Shown here: positions 29,273 to 38,163 of the stretch, one piece after another | Layout: every line of letters starts with the position of its first letter | Position numbering within the stretch: position 1 is the first letter of the stretch | IMG/VR virus record: IMGVR_UViG_2770939491_000001 | DNA from: an uncultured virus (IMG/VR IMGVR_UViG_2770939491_000001) | Lineage: Duplodnaviria; Heunggongvirae; Uroviricota; Caudoviricetes | Direction: 5' to 3' (one strand) | DNA: 64,000 bases | Translations under genes and position numbers: made by a program | The notes under the pieces: model-generated | Database searches by the model: none | Told to the model about the DNA's origin: nothing | What the model saw: the letters and a program-made list of their open reading frames with translations, nothing else

Positions 29273-31207
29273 TCAGAACACGTTGACGTTCGACCAGCCG
29301 CGCGAATTGTGTGCGCCGACCATCAGGCCGAGCATTCCGGCCGGAGACCACACGCCGTACTGGTTCAGCATGTATTCCGACGAGCGTTCCGCTTCCAGGG
29401 CCGGGCAACCGAAAAGGGTTCGGCCTTCGAATTCCTGGGAGTAGAAGTGGTGGTAGTGGGCGGTGAAGAACAGCGACGTCGCGCCGAGTTCTCCGGTTCG
29501 GCCGAGGATTTGGCGTTCGATCGCGTTGCGGGTGCGGGTCTCCGATGAGGAGCCGCGACCCTTCTCGATGTAGCCGTGGCTGAAATAGCAATCCACACCG
29601 GACAGGCGCAGCGTCACGGCAGGGTCGCCGGCGCCGATGTGCCAGTCGATGGCAGGGGCGGCGCCGTGTTCGGCGAGCTCGTCGAACAGCTTCCGCGTTT
29701 GGCGGGCGATGTGGGTGGATGCGTTGTCGCCCTGCGTTGTTACAGGGTCTTTGGAGCCGTTGCGGGTCCACTCACCATGATTGGAGATCACCGAGGACAC
29801 CGACAGTGGCAAGCCGAGCGAGGCGGCTTCCTTGATCGTCCACACGCGCAGGTCGAAGTCCAGCTCGAGCTGGCGCGACATGTTCAGTTCGACCGTGTGC
29901 GGCTGGTTCGTGTTATGAGACACGATGCCGTTCGCAATGTAGGTCCGAGACGTCGTGCCCATCACCGCGATCGGCAGGACTCCGGCCTCTTCGACGCTCA
30001 TCACCTGAACGTTGTTCATGGTCCGCACGTACGGATGCCCAACCTTCGGCAGTAGCCGAACCGGCTGGAACGTTCCGAGCGCACGCAGAACCTCGGCATA
30101 GCCGCCGAGAAGGTGCAGCGTCGCGACCTGAGATTTTGAGTTCGTGTCCTCGCGGAACGCGAACTTGTGGTCGCTCAGGATGCGCTTGGCCTTCTCAAGC
30201 ACGGGGCCGGGGAGCTGTGAGACGTTCAAGTGCCAGGGTTCACGTCCTGCCGCAGCCTGCAGACAGCCTTCGCCGTCGAAAAGCCCTGACATCCAGCCAG
30301 CTTCGAACGACTCGGCAGTTTCCCACGGATCGGCGAGCTTCGACACTTCGTAGTCGTAGTCCATCAGCCGGTCCGCTCGGACCCACTTCCAACGCCCTGA
30401 CTTGCCCGTGCGGGCGAGAACAGGATGCTCGGCGGTGCACAGGAGCGAAGTGCCATCGGAGAAATGCACGCGCACGCTAGGGAGGTCGCGGACCTCGTTA
30501 GCGAGCACGCGTCCAGTCTCGTAGCGGCGACCGGCTGCCGACTTCCGTTCTTCTTCAACGGTGTACAGCTCATCGCCCGCTTGGAGCGTTCCAGCGGGCA
30601 CCCACCGCATGTCCTTCGTCAGAACCAACTCGTCGGCGCCAACGCAGTAGTTGTTGCAGACGCCTTCGGTTTCGTCGCCCATGAACGCAACATGCACGGC
30701 GGCGAGTTCGGGTGCCAGGAACCGCGCCAGCGTCAGGTGCGCTTCGACGCCGCGGCGCCAGTTCGCGACCGCTTCCTCGGTGCCCTTCTTCCCGAGTTGG
30801 GGGTCGGCCACGAGGATCACGTAGGTACTGCCGTGGCGTCGCGGCGCGGGGGTCGGTAGCGGGTGCGCGCGTAGCGCGTCACGCCAGGCGGTGAGTGTCT
30901 CCGGAGCGATGTCGCTGGACTTGCGGCGGCGAAAACGTGCGCTGTAGGAGTACAGCTGGATGGCGTCGCGGGTGCCGTCCTCGGTGGCTTTGGACTGCTG
31001 CCACGTCGACATACGGACTGTGTCATCGACGACTTCGAATTCGGCCGCGTTCAGATTGAACAGCGCGAACACCGCGGTCCAGTCATCGTTGATCGGCCCG
31101 TCGACGACGACGTTGTTGACGGTCGCGCCGTCACTGGTGACGTCGATCGAGCCTTTGTTGATCGGGTCGCGGCTGGTGAGGTTAGCGGCGTCGGCGGCGA
31201 GAGTCAC
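29273..31207 (-). CDS. Metallophosphoesterase (Mre11-like) interrupted by an intein
   Basis: ADPQLGK, FMGDETEG, SNHGE, FSHG and AHYHH motifs; GTG start at 31207. Confidence 0.85.
   Translation of the reverse strand: MTLAADAANLTSRDPINKGSIDVTSDGATVNNVVVDGPINDDWTAVFALFNLNAAEFEVVDDTVRMSTWQQSKATEDGTRDAIQLYSYSARFRRRKSSDIAPETLTAWRDALRAHPLPTPAPRRHGSTYVILVADPQLGKKGTEEAVANWRRGVEAHLTLARFLAPELAAVHVAFMGDETEGVCNNYCVGADELVLTKDMRWVPAGTLQAGDELYTVEEERKSAAGRRYETGRVLANEVRDLPSVRVHFSDGTSLLCTAEHPVLARTGKSGRWKWVRADRLMDYDYEVSKLADPWETAESFEAGWMSGLFDGEGCLQAAAGREPWHLNVSQLPGPVLEKAKRILSDHKFAFREDTNSKSQVATLHLLGGYAEVLRALGTFQPVRLLPKVGHPYVRTMNNVQVMSVEEAGVLPIAVMGTTSRTYIANGIVSHNTNQPHTVELNMSRQLELDFDLRVWTIKEAASLGLPLSVSSVISNHGEWTRNGSKDPVTTQGDNASTHIARQTRKLFDELAEHGAAPAIDWHIGAGDPAVTLRLSGVDCYFSHGYIEKGRGSSSETRTRNAIERQILGRTGELGATSLFFTAHYHHFYSQEFEGRTLFGCPALEAERSSEYMLNQYGVWSPAGMLGLMVGAHNSRGWSNVNVF
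29912..30646 (-). mobile_element. Intein (245 aa) with LAGLIDADG-type domain
   Basis: Starts CVGADELVL; block B CTAEHPVL; WMSGLFDGEG; ends TYIANGIVSHN followed by Thr. Confidence 0.92.
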
Positions 31208-31458
31208 GCAGCAACCTCCACGTTGGCGAAGCATCCGCAGTCGCGGCGGAAATGCACTCGGAAGCGCGTTTCGGCTGCATCGAGCCCGTATTTCACCGCG
31301 AGCCGCCACACGTGCGCGACGGGATGCCCGTCCGCGAGGAGCGCGTCGAGCGCCTGCCGATCGCGATCATCGAGCGAGGCCAGCCAAGCCCCCGTGTTGC
31401 AGGGTCGGGATTTGCGGGTTCGCTGCCGCAATTCGAAAGCGTCATCAGCGAATGACAT
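31204..31458 (-). CDS. Small Cys/His protein coupled to the phosphoesterase
   Basis: 84 aa with PCNTG...RVHFRRDCGC; GTGA overlap. Confidence 0.7.
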   Translation of the reverse strand: MSFADDAFELRQRTRKSRPCNTGAWLASLDDRDRQALDALLADGHPVAHVWRLAVKYGLDAAETRFRVHFRRDCGCFANVEVAA

Positions 31459-31514
31459 TCCAGCCTCCAAGATCGGTTACACCAATCGTATTGAGGTTGG
31501 CAAACCGCCAGTTT

Positions 31515-32870
31515 CTAGCCGGGGAAGCGGGCATCGACTTCTTCGATTTCGGTCTGTTCGTCGACCCGGATCGGGAGTTCGTTGAGCTTGATCAGGCGCC
31601 GCCATTTACGTTCAGTGGTGATGATGCAGTACCGCAAGGCGTCGATGCCGTGGTCGTTCAGTTTGATCGGCTCGTCTTTGCCCTTTTCGGTCGCTTTGGT
31701 GTCCCACACGTAACCGGGTATTTCCTTGAGCAGTTCCGGGCATCGGTCGGTGATTTTGAGCCGCCCAGCCGATACCAGTGCTGTCAGAGTGCGGATGCCG
31801 TACAGCACGTCCTTTTTGGCCAGGACGAGGTTCTTCACGCCGTCCTGCTTGAGCTGCATCCTGTAGTCGGTGGCCGAGGAGTCGACGATCACGTACCCGT
31901 TGAAACCGGAACCTTCGTCGCCGTCTTTCGGGTGGTGTGGGCGTTCCATCCAATCCCGGAGCCCTTGCGACAGTTGCACATTCGTCCACCGCGCTGATTT
32001 GTCGGACGCCTTGTACCGCCATTCGTCCATGCAGTACAGGACGTCATCGACACCGTGGCCGACCATGACCGCATGAGTGGGGTTGGTCGTGCCGTGGTCG
32101 ACACCCACACCCGTGATCCACCGCATCTCCGGCAACTCGGCCCACGGAATTACGTGACGTTCCGGGTCGTACATGTCGAAGATTGCCCCGTCGGCGGCGA
32201 CCCAGCGGCCCAGGATGTTGCGCAAATAGAAGAGACCGGTGAACTCGGCCTTGATCGACGCGATGTATTTGGGCGACAGGGTGGGGTTGTCGTCGAGGGT
32301 GAAGTTCCATGCCCGCAGGTCCATGTCCGGGTCGTCGGCCCGGTCGATGAAGTTGACCTTCAGAAAGTGTGCGGGGTTGTCTGGGTTCGTCGTCGCGAGG
32401 CAGCGGGCGCCGGGCACCGACAGGCGGGCCAGCAGCTGCGTCCAGAACGATTCCGGGAGCAGGGTTGCTTCGTCGACGAGCGCCAAACACGCTGTGAGGC
32501 CGCGCAGTTTGCCTTCGGACCGGACGTCGCTCGCACCGATCAGCCAGACCATGCGGCCGAAGATGACCGCGGTGTTCGAGCCGCGTGTGTGGTGCACTTC
32601 CTTCGCCCACGGCCCGAACACTGTCTCGTCTTGCATCGGCTCGAGGATGTTGCGTTCGATCGTTTGCAGGGTGCGGCCGGCGATCACGATCAGACCGGAG
32701 TCGGGGGCGTGTGCGACCGCGTCGTAGAACGCGAGGATGCTCGCGATGGTCTTGCCGGAGCGGACGGCGCCGGACCAGATTGAGATGCGGTATCGGCGGG
32801 ATTCGACGATGCTGACGATCTGTTTGCGCGACAGTGGCAACCCGTCGAGCAGGTTGGCCGTGGCGTTCAC
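31515..32870 (-). CDS. terL: Terminase large subunit
   Basis: Walker A GAVRSGKT, Walker B VDEAT, TTNPD, nuclease GVDHG...DHGIDALRY. Confidence 0.97.
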   Translation of the reverse strand: MNATANLLDGLPLSRKQIVSIVESRRYRISIWSGAVRSGKTIASILAFYDAVAHAPDSGLIVIAGRTLQTIERNILEPMQDETVFGPWAKEVHHTRGSNTAVIFGRMVWLIGASDVRSEGKLRGLTACLALVDEATLLPESFWTQLLARLSVPGARCLATTNPDNPAHFLKVNFIDRADDPDMDLRAWNFTLDDNPTLSPKYIASIKAEFTGLFYLRNILGRWVAADGAIFDMYDPERHVIPWAELPEMRWITGVGVDHGTTNPTHAVMVGHGVDDVLYCMDEWRYKASDKSARWTNVQLSQGLRDWMERPHHPKDGDEGSGFNGYVIVDSSATDYRMQLKQDGVKNLVLAKKDVLYGIRTLTALVSAGRLKITDRCPELLKEIPGYVWDTKATEKGKDEPIKLNDHGIDALRYCIITTERKWRRLIKLNELPIRVDEQTEIEEVDARFPG

Positions 32871-33364
32871 TCGATGCCGCCGTCCTCGTCCTCGTCCTCC
32901 GTGCGGGCGGCGAGGGCGTCCGCGGCGACGAGTTCTTCGAGGCGGCCCATGAAGTTGCCGACCATTGAGGTGGCCTCGGCGGACACACCGCCCTTGGCTT
33001 CGGCGATCGCTTTCAGCTCGGCGGCTTTGTAGCTGCCGGTGAGCTTGGCGCGTTGGTCCATGATGGCCAGGGCGCGGTCGATGAACCAGGTCTGGCCTTC
33101 CTCGGCGTGGATGATTTTGGGCCAGATCGCGGCGAGCATGGCGTCGAGCCGGTTCAGCTCGAGCTGCAGGTACTCTTCGGCGTTCTCGCGGGTGATGTCC
33201 TTGACCGCTTGGGTGATGTAGCGGGAGACGCTGGAGCTGGATACACCCAGTTCCTGGGCGATTTCAGCTTGGGATTTGCCTTCGATGCGAAGTTCGAGCG
33301 CGCGGTTACGTTTCTGCTGCGTCTCGACCAGGGTTTCGACGGGGGTGGTTTTCTTGCGTGCCAT
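32867..33364 (-). CDS. terS: Terminase small subunit (HTH)
   Basis: RALELRIEGKSQAEIAQELGVS; overlaps the terL start. Confidence 0.85.
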   Translation of the reverse strand: MARKKTTPVETLVETQQKRNRALELRIEGKSQAEIAQELGVSSSSVSRYITQAVKDITRENAEEYLQLELNRLDAMLAAIWPKIIHAEEGQTWFIDRALAIMDQRAKLTGSYKAAELKAIAEAKGGVSAEATSMVGNFMGRLEELVAADALAARTEDEDEDGGIE

Positions 33365-33413
33365 AGTCGGCAGGACCTCCAGGGCGCGGCGGGCTCCTGG
33401 CCGGACTCGCGTT

Positions 33414-33584
33414 CTAGGTGGTGGGGACGGCTGCCACCTGGGCGAGCCGGGAAATCGGCACCACGCGGGTGCCGTTCTTGCTGTCGGCGAGCTGGATCAA
33501 TGCCAGCCCGCCGCGTGTGTTGAGCACCCGGTAGGTACCGGGGTGGTCGACTCGGTGAACGATGTCGCCGGAGGTGATGGTCAT
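33414..33584 (-). CDS. Small 56-aa protein (not in ORF track)
   Basis: MTITSGDIVHRVDHPGTYRV...; ATGA overlap with the upstream gene. Confidence 0.55.
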   Translation of the reverse strand: MTITSGDIVHRVDHPGTYRVLNTRGGLALIQLADSKNGTRVVPISRLAQVAAVPTT

Positions 33585-33814
33585 TTCCACACTCTCGGGA
33601 GTCGGGCGTACGGGTCGATCTTCTCGGGGAGAAGGTTCAGTAGGTGCGCGGCGGTGATGATGATCGCGGTGCGCACGAGCAGCGGGTGCTGCTCCAAACC
33701 TCGGTCAACGCCCTCGGAGAGCAGTTCGCCCTCGGGGGCGACAACTTCAAGCGCAGTAACCGCGCCGGCGAGCACGAGCCACAGGTGCCCGGCCCGAATC
33801 CTTGTCCGCCACAC
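33581..33814 (-). CDS. Small membrane protein
   Basis: GELLSEGVDR...TAAHLLNLLP..IDP motif seen in small actinophage genes. Confidence 0.7.
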   Translation of the reverse strand: MWRTRIRAGHLWLVLAGAVTALEVVAPEGELLSEGVDRGLEQHPLLVRTAIIITAAHLLNLLPEKIDPYARLPRVWK

Positions 33815-33817
33815 CGT

Positions 33818-34099
33818 TCACTCCTCGTCGTCGACGACCACAATGTCGGGGCGAGTCATCGCGCTGCGGGTCTGCTCGAGCAGGCCGAGGAGCACGTACT
33901 CGGGGACGGAATCGTCGCGAGAGAATCGACATACCTGCGACCACGAGTCGCCCTCGTCGTCGTAGCCCCGGCGGACCCCGATCACCATGTAGTCGGTGAG
34001 TAAACCGGGATCGTCGTCGTCGATGTAGGCAGCCCAGACGGCATCGATAGCCGCCGTGAGCGCTTCGTCAGCTTCGCGCTGTTCAGGGGTTCGTGGCAT
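33818..34099 (-). CDS. Hypothetical protein
   Basis: 93 aa acidic ORF in the operon. Confidence 0.65.
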   Translation of the reverse strand: MPRTPEQREADEALTAAIDAVWAAYIDDDDPGLLTDYMVIGVRRGYDDEGDSWSQVCRFSRDDSVPEYVLLGLLEQTRSAMTRPDIVVVDDEE

Positions 34100-34328
34100 T
34101 CGCCGCCCACCTCAGCTTGTCGGGTGCGTATCCGCCCCAGTGGGTTTCCTCGTCGCCGTCGCGGACCACGATCACGGGTGCCTGCAGGTAGCCGAGGTCA
34201 CGGATCAGGGTGAGTGCGTCCGGGTCTTCGGTGACGTCGATCACCGTGTACTCCGCGCCGAGCTGCTCCAGCTTTCGTTTCGTTGCTTTGCAGGGCTGGC
34301 AGTCGGGGCGGCTGTACACGGTGATCAA
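34083..34328 (-). CDS. nrdH: NrdH-like glutaredoxin
   Basis: ITVYSRPDCQPCKATK...LGYLQAPV...HWGGY. Confidence 0.93.
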   Translation of the reverse strand: MITVYSRPDCQPCKATKRKLEQLGAEYTVIDVTEDPDALTLIRDLGYLQAPVIVVRDGDEETHWGGYAPDKLRWAANATNP

Positions 34329-34519
34329 GATTCGTCAGGTCCTATGGAGTTGTGGTCGACGATGCCGAGTTCGGCGGCGAGGTCGTCGAGGGCGCGGTTC
34401 ATGTTGTCGCGGGCGGCTTCGAGGTCGCCTCGGGCGGCTTCGCTCGCGACGAGGGCTTCGCGTACACGTCGGCTGGCGTCGGCTGCGCGCTTCTCTGCCT
34501 CTTCGATGCGGCTGCTCAT
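34325..34519 (-). CDS. Small coiled-coil protein
   Basis: MSSRIEEAEKRAA...; overlaps both neighbours. Confidence 0.6.
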   Translation of the reverse strand: MSSRIEEAEKRAADASRRVREALVASEAARGDLEAARDNMNRALDDLAAELGIVDHNSIGPDES

Positions 34520-35508
34520 GGGAGCCGGATCCCGAGGTCGGGCAGCGGTGGCAGGGCGGGCGCGGGCGGGAGTTCGATCACCGGCAGCGGCGGAGGCACG
34601 TAGGCCAGCACTTCCTGCGGTGCAACGGGTTCCACCCATTCGGGCACGTATTCCGCGAGCGGGGTCGGCTGGTATGGCTGGCCGAGCTGCTCGAGCGGGT
34701 AGAAGTCCTCGGCCGATGGCAGCGGTGCCGGGATCGGCAGTTCGGGCAGGCTCCACGCGGGTGCTTCGGGGATGCCGGTCGGGGTTGACTCGGGTAGCCA
34801 CGGGATCGGCGGCGGGGCGTCGATCATGTACTCCCCCGGCTCGGCGTCAGCGTACTGGTTGACCTCGTCGGTGGAGATACCGTGGTAGCCGCCGAGGAAA
34901 CCGGCGACGCCCTGCACGAACTTCGCGGGATCGGACCAGGGGGCGGGCGAATCGCAGATGGCGTCGAACTCGCGGCACACCGACACAACTCCGTCGGCCG
35001 CGGCGTCGCGGGGACCGGGGTTCGCGGCGCCGGGGAACACCCCGGGGAGCGCTGAGTAGATGCCGTTGCTGGTTCGGGGGTCGCCGAGGACGATGGTGCG
35101 GTCGGCGGCGGGGTGGTCGATGACTTCGGCGCCGAGGGAGTGGCCGATGACGGTCACGTGCCCGTTGGGGCATTCGGCACGGTAAGTAGCGATTTCGCGG
35201 TCGAGGGCGGCGCGGCCGTCGAGGACGCTGTAGTCCTTGACCCAGGGGCCGGTCGGCCACACACTCGAGGTGTAGTCGGCTTCGACAACACGGTTGCCTT
35301 GGGCGGCCTGGTCGGCGAGGATCTCCCCCATCACCGTCGCAGCGCCCTTGCTGTCGGCGTAGCGTTCGCCGTTGCCGCCGACACCGATCACGATCGGACG
35401 GCAGTCTGGTGCCGCCGAAGCTGTGCCGGTGGCGAATACCAGTGGGCCGAGCGTGAATACGGTGGCGGCGCTGATCAGGGTGGCGGCGAGTCGGGTGCCG
35501 GTGTACAT
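34516..35508 (-). CDS. Secreted cutinase / PE-PPE-like serine esterase
   Basis: Signal peptide ending TASA-A; GHSLG nucleophile elbow; LGDP; CREFDAICD; Pro-rich tail. Confidence 0.85.
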   Translation of the reverse strand: MYTGTRLAATLISAATVFTLGPLVFATGTASAAPDCRPIVIGVGGNGERYADSKGAATVMGEILADQAAQGNRVVEADYTSSVWPTGPWVKDYSVLDGRAALDREIATYRAECPNGHVTVIGHSLGAEVIDHPAADRTIVLGDPRTSNGIYSALPGVFPGAANPGPRDAAADGVVSVCREFDAICDSPAPWSDPAKFVQGVAGFLGGYHGISTDEVNQYADAEPGEYMIDAPPPIPWLPESTPTGIPEAPAWSLPELPIPAPLPSAEDFYPLEQLGQPYQPTPLAEYVPEWVEPVAPQEVLAYVPPPLPVIELPPAPALPPLPDLGIRLP

Positions 35509-35975
35509 AGGGGCCTCCCGGCCGCTCGTAGTGAAGCTGGGCCCGCCGGACTCCCAGGTAGCGAAAACCGGTCCGGCGGGCGGGCCGCGGCGCGTAAACG
35601 CTGCCAGCGGCCCCGCCACCTGAGAAGCCCTACGGCCAGCGCTCGTGAGATGGCGCGGCGGCCCCGGATGCGGAATGGGGCACGAGGGTGGTGGCGAAAT
35701 TTGTGGCGGGCGGCTATATTCGGGAGCTGAACGCCCCCGTGTTATCGCTGCCTCTGCCCCTGCATGCGGCGTCGCCTCTGCCGAGCAAGCGCGCGGGGGC
35801 TTCGCCATGTAAGCGTTGCGGTGGGGATTCTCCTGGCAGACACCGACTACCGATTGCGTTACCCCGCTCAGCGAGGTCGCACTACGCCAATACGCGCAGT
35901 TAAGACTGGGTGGGCAATCTGCTCGAGCCCTAAATTCCGTGGCTCGCCAAGGGGTCGCGCCAGTAGGATTCCGGG

Positions 35976-36845
35976 ATGCGGACCACCGGAATCGCGAGCG
36001 CGCGGGTGAAGCTCAAGCGTGCAAAGCACCACATCACCTCTGTCATGGCTGACGTCGAGGCCTTCGAGCAGTCCGACCCGCATGGGATCAAGGCTGACTG
36101 GCTCTCCGCCGAAGAGACGCCGACTGAACTCGTCTACGCCATCAGCATCACCAAGTGGGGCGAACCAAACGCAGACCTTCCTGCGAAGCTCGGTGACTGT
36201 TTTACGAACCTGCGCGCCGCACTCGATCACTCGGTGTACGGCCATGCATGCACAACACTGGCGTCGAACAAGAAGCGAGCGCTAACCGATACGGAACGCC
36301 GCAACCTCTATTTTCCCCTCGCGAGAACACAAAAAAGCCTGGATGCGAGTGCCAAATTCCTCGCACCAAAAGTTCATTCCTTCGTAGTGAGTATCCACGA
36401 CCTGGAGAAGGACTGGCAGTCAACGGATCCCAAGATTCGTCATCTGGCACTCCTGCGCGAGTTCGTCAACTACGACAAACACGAGGCTGTCATACCGGGT
36501 ATGGCTGACCTGCACGTATCCGGGATCACAACTCAAAATTGCGTCGAGTTCATCGCGAACCGCGTGCAGTATAACAATGGGAAGGTCGAGATCGGGCGGC
36601 CCATCTTGCGGCTCCCGTTTCGAAAGCTGAGGGAGATCGCAGATGCTGAACGCCAAAACCTCTTGACCGGACTTACCGTCAAGTTCCCACTGGTGCTGCG
36701 TCTGCCGAACTATGTGCCGGAGACCAATCTCCACGTTGGTGAGCCATTGACCATCCCGCGTGAGCCCCCGTTGACCGAGACCCTACAAGGGATGTACGAG
36801 GCGGTGGAATCTGTCATTGACGAACTGGAAAGGCTAGGCCTCTAA
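35976..36845 (+). CDS. Lower-GC accessory protein, HEPN-like
   Basis: Opposite strand to neighbours; NLRAALDH...YFP...LREFVNYDKH. Confidence 0.7.
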   Translation: MRTTGIASARVKLKRAKHHITSVMADVEAFEQSDPHGIKADWLSAEETPTELVYAISITKWGEPNADLPAKLGDCFTNLRAALDHSVYGHACTTLASNKKRALTDTERRNLYFPLARTQKSLDASAKFLAPKVHSFVVSIHDLEKDWQSTDPKIRHLALLREFVNYDKHEAVIPGMADLHVSGITTQNCVEFIANRVQYNNGKVEIGRPILRLPFRKLREIADAERQNLLTGLTVKFPLVLRLPNYVPETNLHVGEPLTIPREPPLTETLQGMYEAVESVIDELERLGL

Positions 36846-37088
36846 GTCGACGTCTCGTCCGCAGCCGCAGTCCGTGCCACCCTTCGGACACGCGCGGTCT
36901 TCAACCTCGGCGGGGTCTTCGTATTCGTCGGCCCAGCGCAGCAATTCACGCTTCTCGCGGGTGCGCTGGGTCTGCTTATCCGGTTGGTAGCCGCAGCCTT
37001 CGAGGCAGCCGAAGCACTTCTTCGTGGCTCGGGTGCCGCGGCCGTACACGGTAGGCCGCCCACCTGATGCGCCGAGCATCCGCGCCAC
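36834..37088 (-). CDS. Small Cys-rich protein
   Basis: 84 aa; start uncertain. Confidence 0.5.
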   Translation of the reverse strand: MARMLGASGGRPTVYGRGTRATKKCFGCLEGCGYQPDKQTQRTREKRELLRWADEYEDPAEVEDRACPKGGTDCGCGRDVDLEA

Positions 37089-37090
37089 AG

Positions 37091-37285
37091 TTAGGTCGAT
37101 TCGGCGACGTACTGGGCGTAGGCGAGCGCGACGTCTGGGTACAACGGGGCGAGCGTCCGGTCGATCTCGGACACGAACCCGTCGATGTGGTCGGGGTCTT
37201 CGAGACTGAGGTGGATTCCGACCGCCTCCGTGACGCAGCGGATCGTTACTCCGGGCAGTTCTTCGCGCTTCCAGATGTTCTCCAC
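37091..37285 (-). CDS. Hypothetical protein
   Basis: 64 aa from GTG, VENIWKREELPG. Confidence 0.45.
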   Translation of the reverse strand: MENIWKREELPGVTIRCVTEAVGIHLSLEDPDHIDGFVSEIDRTLAPLYPDVALAYAQYVAEST

Positions 37286-37523
37286 CAGGGGCCTTCCGGG
37301 GTCTCGCACACGGGGTCGTGACACATGCAGCGCAAACCGTCGATGACGCAGCCCAGATTCACGTCGGCGTCGTCTTCGTGGCCGTGTTCGTCGCGCCAGG
37401 CGGCGGTTTCGCGTTTCTCGCGTTGACGGGCGGATCCGTGGGTGGGCGGATGGCAGCAGCCGATCCCCACGGGCGGGCGGGCGGACGGCGTCCACGTCTC
37501 GACGACGCAACTTTCCGTCCTAG

Positions 37524-37597
37524 ATGCGGTGGCCGGACTCGAACCGGCGGCCTCTGGGTTATGAGCCCAGCGTGCTACCAACTGCAACCACACCGCA
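37524..37597 (-). tRNA. tRNA-Met(CAU), initiator-like anticodon stem
   Basis: CTGGG-ctCATaa-CCCAG; GCCGG-TTCGAGT-CCGGC; acceptor TGCGGTG/CACCGCA; no encoded CCA. Confidence 0.88.
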
Positions 37598-37603
37598 TTG
37601 ACG

Positions 37604-37685
37604 TGCGCGAGGTGAGAGTCGAACTCACAAGACCGAAGCCGCTGGAACCTAAATCCAGTGCGTATACCAGTTTCGCCACTCGCGC
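37604..37685 (-). tRNA. tRNA-Leu(UAG)
   Basis: CTGGA-ttTAGgt-TCCAG; long variable arm; acceptor GCGCGAG/CTCGCGC. Confidence 0.92.
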
Positions 37686-37725
37686 GAAAACCAGCCCGTA
37701 CCCGAAAGGGCGGGCTGATCGATTG

Positions 37726-37799
37726 CCAGGACGGGGAGAATCGAACTCCCGAAACAGCGGTTTTGGAGACCGCCTGGGCGACCAACAGCCCACGTCCCA
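37726..37799 (-). tRNA. tRNA-Trp(CCA)
   Basis: GCGGT-ctCCAaa-ACCGC; GGGAG-TTCGATT-CTCCC; weak acceptor top with two G-U pairs. Confidence 0.8.
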
Positions 37800-37800
37800 A

Positions 37801-38160
37801 TGCGGCAGGCGCCCTGCCGGGCGTTCTGCCATGTAGTCGCCCGCCGAAGCGTACTGGGGCTTTCGCCCTGCTCCGCGCATCCTGTGCGCGGCAATTCCCG
37901 TGTCCTCAGGAGGAGGCCGAAGCCCGCGAGGCCCGAGGCGAAGTTAGTGGGTGGGGAGTTGCCTAGACTCCGACCGGGGCACGGACCGTAAGGATTAGTA
38001 CCCGGTGCTGCGATTTGCCCGCTGAGGCATCGGTTTCCGGCAGCTACGCCTTCCCTCAGGCACTTGCCCGTCAGGTTGCCGACATCGCACACATTCGCGG
38101 CCCGATCGCGCGGTAGCCGCTCACTCTGTCACCACCAGCGTCGGCCGCTAAACCGACGCT
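37801..38160 (-). ncRNA. Large structured RNA between tRNAs, candidate GOLLD-like
   Basis: Many hairpins (GGGC-GAAA-GCCC, GGC-TTCG-GCC, CCGCGCA/TGCGCGG, AGCGTCGG/CCGACGCT) and long-range pairs CTGAGG/CCTCAG and TGCGAT/ATCGCA; no credible ORF. Confidence 0.6.
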
Positions 38161-38163
38161 TTG

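Noticed and set aside
35700..35960. tmRNA, riboswitch or hammerhead/pistol ribozyme
   Set aside because: No tmRNA termini or tag frame, and no complete catalytic or aptamer consensus recognisable by eye
37686..37725. Theta/HDV-like ribozyme in a tRNA trailer
   Set aside because: Only a simple UUCG-capped hairpin; no pseudoknot pairing found
37246..38092. ORFs overlapping the tRNA/ncRNA cluster
   Set aside because: They run through clear tRNA cloverleafs; only the segment below about 37510 might be a small real gene
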